DNA of 64,000 nt from Isurus oxyrinchus (GCA_026770705.1 JANJGN010000039.1:6262001-6326000), one strand, 5' to 3'. Positions 24,363 through 37,139 are shown, counted from the first letter of the stretch. Notes: generated by a model from the letters alone, not told the origin. A program made the numbers and translations.

Positions 24363-25240
24363 TTAACTGAAAGGATATTTCAACATTTTCCACAACTGCT
24401 CCCTGAACCTAGTTTGTGTCACAGCATAAATCCAAGTGTTTGTGCAGCAACTAAGGAGCTGCAGCATGAAGCCCAATTCCAGAACAAAAAAATCTAGATA
24501 CAGGGAATTATAGCCTAAATCATACATCCGGATCCATATGGAAAAAAACATTAGCATTCCCCATAAAAGGATGAAATTGGCTGAAATATAAAAGAGTAAC
24601 ATGATCGATTTCTTTCGATTCTCCACCTCTGGGTCTTTGGGGCTTTGCCCAGTCCTGTGAGGCCGGAGTCTCATGCGGGCCCTGCTGGTCACTAAAATAT
24701 ACTCGACAGTAAAAATATTGATGAGCAGGATCAGCACAAATGGGACACACGGTGTTAGAATGTGATGGGTGAACTCGATTGTTGTCCAGACAGGATTGAA
24801 CAGAACCTCATTTCTGTAACCACAAAACCAGGGGAAGTTTACCATCCAGTACTGATCTGTGAGCAAAAAATACCAGAAAATGTTCTTTGAACAGCTCAGT
24901 GCAATGACGGTTCCCAGAATCACAGCTGCCGTTTTCTCCCTGCAATATTTTTGTTTCAGCTTCGGGCAACAAATGGCCACAAATCGATCCAAGGTAAAAG
25001 TGACAGTGAACCACACAGAACAGTCAGTGGCTGCATAAAGCAGGACAGCATGGATATTACACACTGGGATTGATCGCAGGAAAAAAAAATACTTAGCAAA
25101 CACAATTGGAATATGCCTCAGTATCAGGTCCAGGATAATGACGAGTAGATCAGCCACTGCCATGGCCTCCAGGTAACGGGTAATACAATTGGAGAGGCCA
25201 CAGCTCCGGCGCCTGAGTATCACAATCGTGACCAGGTTCA
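24363..25240 (-). CDS. GPR139-like: GPR139/GPR142-like class A GPCR gene A, coding exon 2 (end of TM1 to TM7/helix 8)
   Basis: Open 292-aa frame VNLVTIVILRRRSCGLSNCITRYLEAMAVADLL...SVWFTVTFTLDRFVAICCP...RKKSIMLLFYISANF...CCTNTWIYAVTQTRFREQL. It has successive hydrophobic helices, DRF in place of DRY, and the SVW-TV-F/LT-DR-AVC/AIC-P signature of GPR139/142. Acceptor ttccttgcAG lies at 25242-25241, phase 1. Confidence 0.9.
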
Positions 25241-26369
25241 CTGCAAGGAAAGGTAATAAACAATAAAACGCTATATCAATCTGATACCAAAGATGCCAGT
25301 ATGATTGAGATGCGATGGAGATGTGTTACGGCATCCTCCGGTGTAATGAAATGAATGGTCCAGAAACAAAGTATCAAAAGTGTCTGTGATATCGTGGAAG
25401 GCAGCATACATTGAATGGTTAAAATAAGGAGGTGGGAATAGAGTGGAGATGGGACTTGTGGGAGAGCGGGAATATTTGGGAGACAAAGGAGGAAAGGAGT
25501 AATCGGGGGATAATAGGTGCACTTAGCAATGATAGAGGCGCATGGAGTGTCGGGCGAGCGTGCCCATTACGGGTGGTACCCATGGGTGATGCTGGAACGC
25601 ATGAGTGAGAAGGGAGACGCGTTTGAGTGAGACCAGCCAGAGGTGATGATTGTGTTAAGGGAAAGAAGTGAAACGGGGTAAGTTATTATTTTGCGCAACA
25701 TATCACCTGACAGGAAGGCTCTGCAGTTATCAGATGGAATGTTTCCTCTCTCCACTGATGTTATTTTAAGAATTTCGAAGAGAGCTTTCTTGCAAATTAT
25801 CATTTCAAATTAAAGGATAAACGACCGTTCCTTACAAAATATGAAATGCAAATATAACAATCACGTACACCACAAACACTCATACACCCTCACACATAAA
25901 ATGATAATTTGGAGAAATGCAGCACATACTTAAATTATTACGAGGGTAGACAGGAACAGCTCATTCTTTACTTTGCTTAATGTGCTGGTTGTAAACATCG
26001 CAGGACTGAAATGTACATTCCTCGGAGATTGAAGACAAATGGAGTTTTTGATTATCTGGCTTTTAGTCTACAGTGTGGTCGAGCCTCTGTATTAAAGAAA
26101 TGTGCCAACATATAAAGCCTATCAGCCTCTTTTAGTGCCTGAAATCTTCAAAAAAATGTCTCTTATAAAAAGGTTATTTTGAAGTGTTCCTATTATCAGC
26201 AACCGTCTCCCTGTCCTTCGATCTTGGTATTGGATTTCCATTGTCCAATCACTAAAATTTACGTTGTGTACAACTTCAGAAAAGGAAGTTATCTGCAAAC
26301 TGGATCCTTAGTGGGCACATCTAGACAACCTGTCAAAGGCGAAAGCATCCAGGATATATCTTACCACAA

Positions 26370-27000
26370 TCTCCTCTTCTCCTGCGGTGTACTCCGGATT
26401 CCTGGTGACAATGCCTGTGTCCTTATGATGGTGATGATATGAAGGATGCAGCAGAACACTATGAACATGATCACCCGCTCCAGGGTATAATGGACGGTTC
26501 ACTCCCAACGGCTCAGGAATCAGAAGCTTTTCTTTCCCACAACGGCGGGCTGCTCCAAAACGCTCTGTGCGACTCCATTGCTCTTGGTATTGAGGTGTGA
26601 TGTTCACCTGCTTGGTTGCAGGTAGGGAATGGTGAAGTTGTGATTTTTTGATCTATGTACCGATGGGGCAGCCTTCATCTCCGAAAAGCCACTGCGTGGT
26701 TCTCTATGGAGCTACGGAGATGTTGGAAACTTCTGAGTGCTTCAGAATGAAGATATTGTGGCTCTAGTCAGGATATTGGATATTCACCAACATGATGTAC
26801 TGTGCATAAATATACATCAATTGTACGTGAATGCATTTAGAATTCTTTCAAAGCCTTTATCTCTGTCCACTCTAATGGGGACACGGCAGAATCACGTACG
26901 CCATCGGGAGTCCCTCTGCCCTGAGAGGCCATGGGACCGATCATTCTGCTTCTCCCTGTTGAGGGAGCAAAAGTACAAACGTGGCACAGAGCAGATGTTC
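26370..27000 (-). mobile_element. Harbinger DDE transposase remnant within the gene A intron
   Basis: AQYIMLVNIQYPD*SHNIFILKHS...WLFGDEGCP and VHYTLERVIMFIVFCCILH match HARBI1-type YPGSSHDAFIL..WLLGDKGYP..LQYSPERV..IVVCCMLHN. Confidence 0.75.
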
Positions 27001-28288
27001 TCTGTCAGCTAGTGAATACATAGTTAGACAAAATACTCGGAGATAATTAATATAACACCAGCAATTCTCTTGCGTGGACTGTTCCAAATCCATAGAAGTT
27101 TCAATGATCATGTGAACTTAGTGTCCAAAGACACTAGTGTCCAAAGCTCCTTCAACCTTGTGTGCGGCCCCAGGTCCTGTTGAAGGAGGTGACACGGGTC
27201 TGTAACACCTTATTGTTGTGTCAGAGTTATATCGTCCCTGCACATGTTTTAGTTGTAGGTTTGTAAAGTGTTCCTGACAAACCAGGGGTGCCTAGGGCAG
27301 TGCAACTCCCCTTCCCCCCAAAAAATATTAACAGGCGGTCCCCTCCCTATTCACTCCGCTCATTTCGCTCGTCATGGTACAGGTCCAGGTGCACTGTAAC
27401 TACTGCCCCTAAACCTCTTCCAAGGTTGGGCCTATAAATCCTCTATCTTCTCTCGAGTAATGCACAGCACAGCACCATGAAAACCATCTACAGCACCTCA
27501 ATGGAATTTGCAATAATAAAAGTCAGTCAAAAGCCCTTCAACTGACAGTTAGATGTCTTACCCGTTTCAATTAAACTGGAGAGGGTGCGCCGTGTTTTTT
27601 AACAAATATTTAGTGGAGAGTGATTTGCACAGGCTTTCGGTGGACAGGTACAGCCAGTGTTTCAAAGGCATGCTGAAAACGCCTGCATAACATGGGGCAC
27701 CATGTGTCAGTTTCTGGACATGGGATTGCTTGCAGAAGAGAGACTAAAGTGTGATCAAATCACAGGATTGGGAATTTTGAAATTGACTGGCTGAAAAAGC
27801 TGGAAGCAATCTTGGCCCTTGAGTGCAGGGATGATGGTGGAATGAGATTTGGCATGGGTTAGTTTACAAAAAACAGAGTTTTGCATAGGGCATGTTTTAT
27901 GAACGTTTGTAACAGCAATTGTCTGGCCAGATTAACATTTTAATAGCCGAGTCTAGCTTTGACAAATGCACAGCTGGGGGATCATTCGGGTGATGTGTTG
28001 ATGCAGCGAGGATAGTGGGTGAGGCTAAATAGCTGGTTGAAGACAGGCTTAAGGATAGAAAGGATATGGGCTCACACATCAGCTCAGGGCCAAATGGAGC
28101 GTGGGGGTTGAAGACATTGGTTCAGGCTTAGATAATGGCGCAGCAGGCGGGTGGAGGGACTGGATAGGGAACGATGATCCAAACGGGAAAAGTAGCAAAT
28201 GACTTCCATCTTCTTGAAATGTAAAAGACAGTAACAGTAATACAGTCAATCTGGTTTAAAGAACAGATTGTTGCATAGAGGTTCTTAC

Positions 28289-28463
28289 CGCTGACACCAA
28301 CCAGAGCCAGGATGGGAAAGTAACCAACTTGGATTAACGAAATTACACCCTCGATCCGAACAGCTAATGATATCCGATCTTGAGAAAGATAGTAAAGCCC
28401 CGAGGATAAACTTCTGTCCATTTTTGTAAAATTCCAAGATTTTGTTCTAAGATTCTGATTCAT
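28289..28463 (-). CDS. GPR139-like: GPR139-like gene A, coding exon 1 (N-terminus and start of TM1)
   Basis: ATG at 28463 gives MNQNLRTKSWNFTKMDRSL...LIQVGYFPILALVGVS, followed by G|GTAAG (donor GT at 28288-28287). This is 58 codons + 1 nt, and G+TG makes the Val codon that joins exon 2 in phase. Spliced product ~350 aa. Confidence 0.85.
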
Positions 28464-28597
28464 TGTTGTCACGTTCCAATCTATTATTCTCAGGCTCTGA
28501 TGCTTTCTCTCCCCCTCTCAGGAGTCGTTGATCCTTGCAAGTACTGAATGCGACTGTCCCCCTGACATTCGGGGACAGCACGTTGAAATGAGCTTCG

Positions 28598-28648
28598 TAT
28601 AAATAGCACTGTTAAACCCTCCTGTGACACAATTAGGATCCAGGGAGA
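28598..28648 (-). promoter_or_regulatory. Putative proximal promoter of gene A: O/E(EBF)-like site, TAATTG homeodomain site and TATA-like TATTTATA
   Basis: Minus strand reads TCTCCCTGGAT-C-CTAATTG-TGTCACAGGAGGGTTTAACAGTGC-TATTTATA, ending ~135 nt upstream of the ATG. Motif match only. Confidence 0.45.
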
Positions 28649-29649
28649 TTGAAGTTAATAACAGGGACTGAACAAATTGGTTCAGTTAACGCCTTGCATT
28701 CCAACAATTTCTGCATCACAACTTGGTAGAACATTTACTTGGCTTGGATCGGATGTATGTTGGTCGCTAAGGGATGGAAGGCTGCGAATAGAGGTTTGAC
28801 TGACCATGACATGTAAATGTACCATGGAGTGATATCCGAGGACAGGAGAGTTTTAATTGTTCCACGCTGTTTATAAAATCAGAGTTACAAAGCAGAATGG
28901 AACCTGGATTGATGACCTCTTTTAAGAAATCATTTATTTTGAAATTGTTGGTTCCTTACTGAAATAATTCACAGGAGTCTGTTTTGACTTTGCAAGACTC
29001 GGAATAAAAATGTAATTAATCATGACCATATTACACCAGGCAACCAAACACTTGGTAAGTTTTCATTACAGAAACCATGAAATAAGTGGCAGAAAGTCAC
29101 GCTGCCCCTTTCATCCAACTAATGCCCTTATTAACCCAGGACCCCAGTGGCCAGGCACCATTATTTCTGCACCAAGGATAAAGAAGTTGATTTTCCAGTG
29201 ATCTTCTGAATATTCACTAGAAACAATTGCACAATTGGTATATCCCTTGAGATATCGAGAACACTCATTCTAAATTCACCTCTCCTTTAGTGTTAGAGGA
29301 TTATCCACCAGTTCCTTAAGAATCTGGCATCATGCCTAGCTGGAGAGAGACTGAGGCCTTTTCGTCGGGTCTTGACTCGTTGGCACTCTGATACCAACTG
29401 AAACTACAAGGTGATAGGCTCCTTGACTTTATGTATCTGTGCACCTCCTCCTGATGACCAGTTGCGAGTCAACAACGCAGTTGTATTTCCCACTTCATGT
29501 TTTAGATCTGACTTGCATAAATCACCAAATCCTTTATTAGCCAATGTCTTCATTTTAAGATTCGTAAAGCATTCATTATAATGTATACATCCAGACAATG
29601 CCCCAGGCTGGCCCGCCGGATGTCATAAAAGTCCAAACTAAAAATAAAT

Positions 29650-32600
29650 CCAGGCTTCACATTTCAAATACAATTGTAGCTTGCCTAAAATTACATCGAA
29701 TTCCCATCACTTACCCGGCAAAAGGATAAAAATTGAAAAGGTAGCTTTAAGATGCGTTTTCATTTCCTGTTAGCATCTCCTCTCATCACTAAATCTATCT
29801 TATGTTACAGCTTTTACAATTGCTGTAATTATGTTCTTACAGCAAATATGCAAGTATTTTCCATAAGAATCATATTCGATACAAGTCCATTTTAATAATG
29901 GCGTCTTCTTCCTCCATATTTGCTATTGATAAAGTATCTGCTGTTACATTGTAACTTCCAGCGAAATGGCTGAGTTTTACATTGTAAGGCAGTGGCCTTA
30001 AACTCAACCAAAATAGTAGCAGATTCTTGTTCGGAAACTTTTGTCGGAAGAATAATGGATTCTGGTCGTTATTAAAGAATAATTTCTGCAGAATGTCTGG
30101 ATGAGTAGACATGTTTTGCAGCCAGCACTATATTTAGATTATCCTTCTCACTTCTGAGTATTTCCTCTGGTAAAAAAAAATAAAGTACATTTCCAGTAAC
30201 TTAACAGACTGGCCGTTCAATTCCCATCTCGTCGCCCTTTGGTAAAACTGCTCCAACACTCACCAGGATCAAAAACTAGTTTAAAAGGCTTCACACAATG
30301 TGATGCTGCTAAAGCTTGTGGAGTGGTGAGTACAGCATTCAAGCTGCCAAACGCAGTTAGACCATTTTTTGTCCATTCAAATATTTTTGATTTTCTTTAC
30401 CGAGGTTGTCAGGGGAACCACTACTGTGCTGAAATTCAGGGCAAAACTCCTATAAAAAGCATTTATGCCAATAGACCATAACATCTCTCCATTATTCTTA
30501 AGCACTGTCTATCCTGGATTACCATATTTTTGCTTCTTTGGAGATCAGTTTGGATTTTCACCACAAATCAATCACTTTCGTTTTGGAAAATTCACTTTAT
30601 GCAAAGTTTATGACTAAATTGTATGTTTGTAAATGACCATACACATCATTCAATTGTTGTAAAAGATCCCCCCAAGCTCAGTTTAACACAACGAACTTCT
30701 CACTATTTCTATAACAAAGTTAAATAATCCTTCAATAACGCTTTTGCTTAATCATTGAAATGCTTCTGTTGTGTTCTTCATTCCGAAAGGCATGACATTA
30801 CGTTGAAAAAGACCATTCGTTGTTACAAAATCTGATGTTTCTTTGGCCACTTCTGTTAAGGGGACTTTTCAATACCCCTACAATAAATCATTTTTTTTTT
30901 ATCGGGGAACTTTCTTGCCTAATCTTTTCAATACAGTTTTCCAATCGTGGAATAAGATATGGATCCGCATGTGTGAATGCATTAACGTTGCCATAAACTA
31001 TACACAATCATTGTGACCCATGTGGTTTAGGTGCCTTTATAAGAGGTGAGTTCCATGTGCTGTGACTCGGTTGAATAGTGTCATCCTTGAACATAAACCT
31101 CATTGCTCCCTTCGCTTGAATTAACGTCCCTGGATTAAGCCTGAGTAGATGTTGCTTTATGGGTGACATCCCCAACATTGCAACATATAAGGCCAAAGCC
31201 GTTTTCCTTGGTCGATCTGTACATTGAGTTTCATGAGTTTGTAATAACTTTCATTAGACATCTCGGAATTATTTTCTGGAAGTTAGCGTAATATGGCAGG
31301 GGATCATAGGTTATCCGGCTTACATGGCTATATGGACATTTAAATACTGGAAGATCAAACATTATCTTTATTAAATGGCGGAGCAGGTTCAAGGGACCGA
31401 TTGTTCTACGCCTGTCATTATTTCTTATGCTCTTACCTAAATTTTTACGGCCTCTGAACTGTTCAGTATAACCACTGGAGAGTTGAGTTTAGAATATCTG
31501 ATCTCTGGTTCATTCTCCAAATGGTTTGAGATATTAATTTCACATCTTTCTCCTTTCACTTATGCAAACACATTCCACTCCTGGTTACCTTCCCAGCCAT
31601 GACTGGGCTTTAACATATTGACGGGAAACATTCAGTTGAATTTCCCCCTGCTTGGAGTGCTTACTATATTATTCACAGAATTGAGTTTCTTTGTGAATTG
31701 GTAAATGCCCATGAACCTTGCTTTTCTCTTTTTGCTAGCGAAAAGTCACCACACTCAACCATTTCCTCCAGCAACATAACTTCGACTTTTGGAATAGATA
31801 TCTGTTCCTGCTTCCATTGTTTGTGGTGCATTTCTATTTTGACATGTTTTTTGGCCAACCCGCAGGCCTTGGTTAGTCTTTCCCAGTAATTTGACACATT
31901 GGTCAAATGTGACGTCTCGGAACTTTGGTTCTTAAATTGTCCTTTAATTAATTTCACTGGATCTCCCGCCACTTCCTCAAATATCAGCTCAAAAGCACTG
32001 AATGCTGTGGACTCCTTCTGGGCGTCCCTTAGAAATACAAATCGAAGGACTTTATCCCAAAAATGGAACAGCATTGACAATATACTTTAATCGTGGTCTT
32101 TAAAGTTAGATTTCATTTTGCTAAATGTCCTTATGATTGTGAATAATACGCTGAAGGCTGAAAACTTTCCTCTCCCAAACTTTTCATTTTTCATGTGAAT
32201 ATCTGTGACATAAAATATGAGCCTTGATCTGATTACTTTTCCTGAGGAAACTCACATATTGTAAAGAAATGAACTGGTTTTTCCCCTACAATTTTCACCA
32301 CGATCTTTCTGAAATGCACTGCCACTGGAAATGTTGTTAGAGCTACCATAACTTTTGAAAGACACTGTTTCCCACTTCTGCTTTAGCTGGGGACCCAAAA
32401 CCTCTATTAAGGAAGTGCTAAATGGTTCTGTACAAGCTGGTATTGGACTGATTAAAGGGTGTGCTTTAATTGATGATTGTGACTTCCCCACTATTGGCAT
32501 GTATGTCATGTCTAGCAGAAACTAACAACATCTTTATGAAACCATGGGAAATAAAATACGTTTCAGCATATTAGCCTGTGTTTTGCTAAAACACGCATGA

Positions 32601-33110
32601 ATTGCCATTGGAACACCGTAAGCAACTCGTGATGAAACGTCCACCAGATGAACTATTGTAAATTGCCGATTGGCTCATATTTGAGGTGGCCTCCCTTTCC
32701 TCATTAGCACAACATTTTTAAATAATAACACTCTGGTACTGATTCTGATTCAGGCTCTGATAGGGTGTTATATCAAATGCTCTCAACTTAGGATAAGCCT
32801 GTTGCATTTCTACTCAAGTAGATGGACCGAAATGTCATCCCCATTTTCATTACATTCTTCATTTTGCTTCAGTTCCTTCTATGGCTTCGTATTTTTTGGC
32901 CAGAGATCTTGCCATGAAGCAGTCAAGACACAACCCAGAATATTCCTCAAATCGTACCCAAGCTACTTTCAGTTCCAGTGGGTGTTATATCGGTGAGGCT
33001 AAGATATTTGAACCAGCCGTCTTCGAGCTCAAGATAAAATCAATTCCTTAGATAGTGATTTGATGCAAAGCTCCAACTGCAGCCTCTCCTCTCACGAAGT
33101 GACTTAATTT
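29650..33110 (-). mobile_element. Gypsy LTR retrotransposon (Gmr1-like) pol: protease end, integrase, RT, RNase H
   Basis: On the minus strand, in order: GIDFILSSKTAGS (PR end), ESESVPECYY..LMRK, PIPACTEPFS and WDKVLRFVFLRDAQKESTAFSAFEL (integrase), PIKQHLLRLNP..IQPSHSTWNSP..PKPHGS (RT), DQNPL..YNVKLSHFAGSYNVTADTLS (RNase H). Confidence 0.85.
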
Positions 33111-36100
33111 GGGTGCTGTCTTCCGAGCCCACTGATGGCGGGTGTGATATGTGGCGGGCATGGAAAATATGGTGGGGCCCACTTCAAGACAGCATGAATG
33201 CAGGTCACGATATTCTGCTCAGCCTACCGCTAATGGGCTGCGTTTCTCACCATCGGTCAACGGGAAGCTAATTGCAATGATTAGTACATAATTTAAAGGG
33301 CATCCCTTCAGGTGTATGGAATCCACCGTATCGCCTGTCCATGTCATCAGTATAGCATAACGATGTGTTTCACCGCAGTACACAGGTGACGTGCACTGTG
33401 CAGCTTCACTTTGGGTGAGCTGTGGTGATTGAGCAGTAGTGTCTCCACTAGTCGCCCATTCTTTTCAGGCCTCAATGGCGCCGAGGTCGAAGTAAATTGA
33501 TGCCCGGTACTTCAGGCAAAGGGTGAGGGTTGTGAGTGTCTGTGGGCAAGTGCTGGCCAGCCACGGAGGAGACTGGTGATGGTTGGAGGTTGCTGTCTCG
33601 GGCAATTGCTGCCATCCAAGGAGGAGCCTGCTGAGGGTGCGGGGTGGTGCTTTAACGTGCTGCCCTAGTGGTGGCAGGGGTGTAATGTGCTGCATCTCAC
33701 TTAAAGTCAATAGAGGTGGAGGGCAGGATAAGTGAGGGAAATGGCCACCCATGGAAGACACATGCACAATTTTACCATGTATCTGCACATGAGGCAGATC
33801 AGGTGCAGCGAGTGTGATATGATTTGGTTCTGGTTCCTTGCCTACACGCGCCTTTAAATATCCAAGAGGCAACAAAGTGCCATTAGCCGCTCCATGTCTT
33901 ATGCTTCCCCCCCATCGACCCCTACACAAACCGGCACTGGCTTCGAATCCACCAGCACTTCATTGCACTGCACAGCAGTTGGACTTCACACGTTGTGTAA
34001 TCTCTTCGCCAACACTGGTCATGTAGCAGTCACTGCTGGAGGCGCTGTCAGCTTCTTGCATATTCAGCATCATTGTTTGTAACAGCGTCCCCGTTGCTGC
34101 ATGTTGACAAGGCACCCAGGCAGAGCAATCCTCTCTGGAATTCCGAGGGGTGACCAGCACTTTCTGGGAAGCATTATGGGTTTTTGCTAAAGGACCAGCG
34201 ATGATTACCACGTGTTGCTCTCTTTCGTGCTGCAGGAGGACCACGTCAGGATCATGCATCCTGGTTACCTAGCAGCACGCCTGATGGCCTACAGAGACCG
34301 TTTAAGATGGAGGAGGGAGCGACTGGTCAGGCAGCAGCAGGAGCAGAATCCCGGAGTTAACGGCTGCATGCTGACTGCGACGCCCTGGCTGTGATACCTT
34401 TGGCCTGGGTCCTCTCAGAGGCCGAGATTTGCAGGACACCTGTCTGTTTTCATCGCCCTGCTGTGGGGCAGTGGCATCCTGCTCGGCCTGTGAAGCTGGA
34501 TCTGTATAGTCCACAGGAAGAGGGAAGGCACATGGGCCTGTCACTCGCTGAGTCATTTGGTTGGATGGCCCCGGAGCGTGCACATACTGACCTTCCTCCC
34601 TATGTGTGCCCGAGAGCCCCTTGCTGACTCAGTGAGTGGAAGGGGCAGTTGGATTGAGATCATGCATCCGAGGACCCATCTTATGTACAGTCTGCTGGAC
34701 ACCAACTATGGCAGCAGCAAAGGAGTTAAGACCATGCAGCATTGCATGAGTAGAAGCCCTGCCCATGGTCTCCATGGTAAACGACATAATGCCAGTGTTG
34801 GACTCGGTATGTTGCAATGCCGGCACTCCCCCATGAGCCTGAAGATGGATGGTCTCCTCCATCATGCATTACAATTTGAGAAGTGCAGCTGACATCACTT
34901 TCTGATGTTGGCTGGCTTACCTTTGCCGCTCCAGCTTCTGAGAGATGACCAAGTGCAGGTGCTCAACACTTGACTCGTATTCAGCAACTTTCTGGCTCAC
35001 AGAACTCCATCGTATGTGGAGACCTGGGAAATCCGTGCCTCCACCTGCTGTGGAGGGGGCAAATGATCACCAGATTATGATCCTGAGGCTTCTCTAAACC
35101 TGCTTCCCACGCAGGTGTGTGTCTCTACGCTGGTAGAGGGCGTGGGTGAGCGCTCTAATGGAACTTTAGGCAGGGTCCCTTCAGATTCCTCCTCAGACTT
35201 TTCATTGGGGTTTGACGGGGGCATTGGGTCATGCAATCCCTCCGCTGTTTGGCAGGTACACCTGGGAAAGCAAGGGGAAATAATCAGTGCATGAGAGTGG
35301 CATATGATAGAGGACACATCACACACAGAAGTGTTTGCTAATGAATGTGGCACTGCTGGATCTTAACTTGGTATATCATTGCTGATCTCATCGTTAGCAC
35401 AAGAGTGCTCCCAGTTATAACTGTCCAGCTGAATGACTCTGTTTTCCAATTCAGTCAGAACGTTGATGTCCAGCTAGTCGTTCCTATCTGCGATCTAGCC
35501 CTCCTGTTGTGATTCAATTTGTCCATCATGGAAAGAGATGTCAGTGTGTATCATGATTCCTGCCGGGCCAGATGACAAGTACGCCTGGCATGTGTGGGTT
35601 TTGAGTCTCCTAATGTGCAGGATGAAGACAATGGCGGCCTGTGTGAAAGACTCAATGTTGCGGTCCCTTGCATTGGCCGTGAGTGAGGGCCTTGTGTTTG
35701 AATGATGGGTTTGTGAGTGTGTGTTATGAGTGAAGGAAAGAGTGAGTTACACTGGAGGGATGGGGAGATCATTCATACTCAGCTGGGCGTTCGCTCTGAC
35801 CATCGCAGTGATCGCTGCAGTGTCTGGGTTTGTGACAGTGCTGTTCATCCTCTGGATGGTAGGGCACATCCCTGCGGCCCTCCAGCAGTATCTGGAGGGA
35901 TCCATCATTGAAGAGAGTGGCTGCAGGCATTTTACCTTTGTTGGCCTTTTTTTCCAAACAGAAATGGTGAGCTGGTGGCGATGAGCGTTTTGCTGAGGGC
36001 TGCATTGTAAGACGACGGCCAGGGTGATGTTACAGCCCATTGATGTTGAGCCAAAGTTCTGCCAACTTGGAAACAATGTGTTTATTATGCATAAATATTA

Positions 36101-36210
36101 AGGTGGTCTTGGGAAGTTATGGCATGAAAACCCGCCATTTCTGTCGGTGGGTAGGGCTCCTTTTCACCAGCATGGTAGCGCGTTTAGTGCAATTGTGGGG
36201 GAATTCCACC
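33111..36210. mobile_element. Internally deleted Harbinger element with Myb/SANT-like ORF remnant (minus ~35750-35980)
   Basis: Ends are GGGTG..CTTCC (left) and GGAATTCCACCC (right), TIR-like. LFNDGSLQILLEG..RRDV..AITAMVRANA..MNDL resembles the Harbinger Myb/SANT-like DNA-binding protein. It interrupts the Gypsy protease region. Confidence 0.7.
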
Positions 36211-36544
36211 CACTGAAACAATGTATTAAGAAAGAAGAAGTGGCTTTGGCTCTGTGCTTTCAGAGCAGAGGGACCAACGGCTTCCAAAAGGAGCACAGCA
36301 GCCCTTTTGCTGCCAGAGCCAGCCCACAGCTGGAGGTGAATATAAGCTACTCCGAAGTAATCGACCTACAGGGATTGAGATCCCATGAGTATTTGTTGAG
36401 CCTGAACGAAAAGAATCATCAGTTCTTTCAAAGATTACCTTTGGGAGGCCAAGTGGACGCCATTCAAGAATTGCTCCATTTTTGCTTCCCCCTTGCAATG
36501 GTGATTTTTCACCTTTGGGAGAATTCCTCTTCTTCCGGTGCATT

Positions 36545-36870
36545 TTTGTGTGCATGAGTGTTTGCGTTAATGTTTGTGTTTGTGTATATTTGCCTATGTT
36601 TGTGTGCCTGTGTGTGTTAACATGTGTGTTTTTCTGTTTGTGTGTGTGTGTGTGTGTGGGTGTAAATGTGTGTGTGTTTGTTAATCCATGTGTGTGTTTG
36701 TGTATGTGTGTTTGCACACTTGACTGTTAGTGTGCGTGTGTGTGTTTGTTGTTGCATTTCTTGGTGTGTGTGTATGTGTCTGTGCATGTACACACGTGCG
36801 TGTGTGCGTGAAGGTGCCAAAACGTGCGTCTGAGTGGCAGAGGAGAGAGAGAGAGAAAGAGAGAGAGTAT
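36545..36870. repeat. (GT)n/(GA)n microsatellite
   Basis: Visible dinucleotide repeats. Confidence 0.95.
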
Positions 36871-37139
36871 TTGGGTATCTTGTAAAAGTGGTTAGTATAA
36901 CTTCATATTCCATACTGAAAGTTAACAAATTTTGCCTATGTATTTAACAGGACTGGTATTATAATTAACAAACATGCTTGTTATTTACTGAACGAAGCTT
37001 GATTATCATCTCCTTTATTCTAACAGTATCGAAGGTGAACAATGGACTATTTTAGAGTGTGAATCTGTCTGTTGGTATTACCTGTGGAGTAGTGGGTTTA
37101 AATATACTGTGCTCGCCTCCGATTTGATCGAAACAGGCA

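Noticed and set aside
28128-28288. Extension of the 114-aa ORF beyond GVSG
   Set aside because: Read-through into the intron past the GTAAG donor.
24363-28463. Calling gene A the true GPR139 ortholog
   Set aside because: Too divergent in TM6/TM7 and the N-terminus, and flanked by paralogous pseudogenes. Only family-level assignment is supported.
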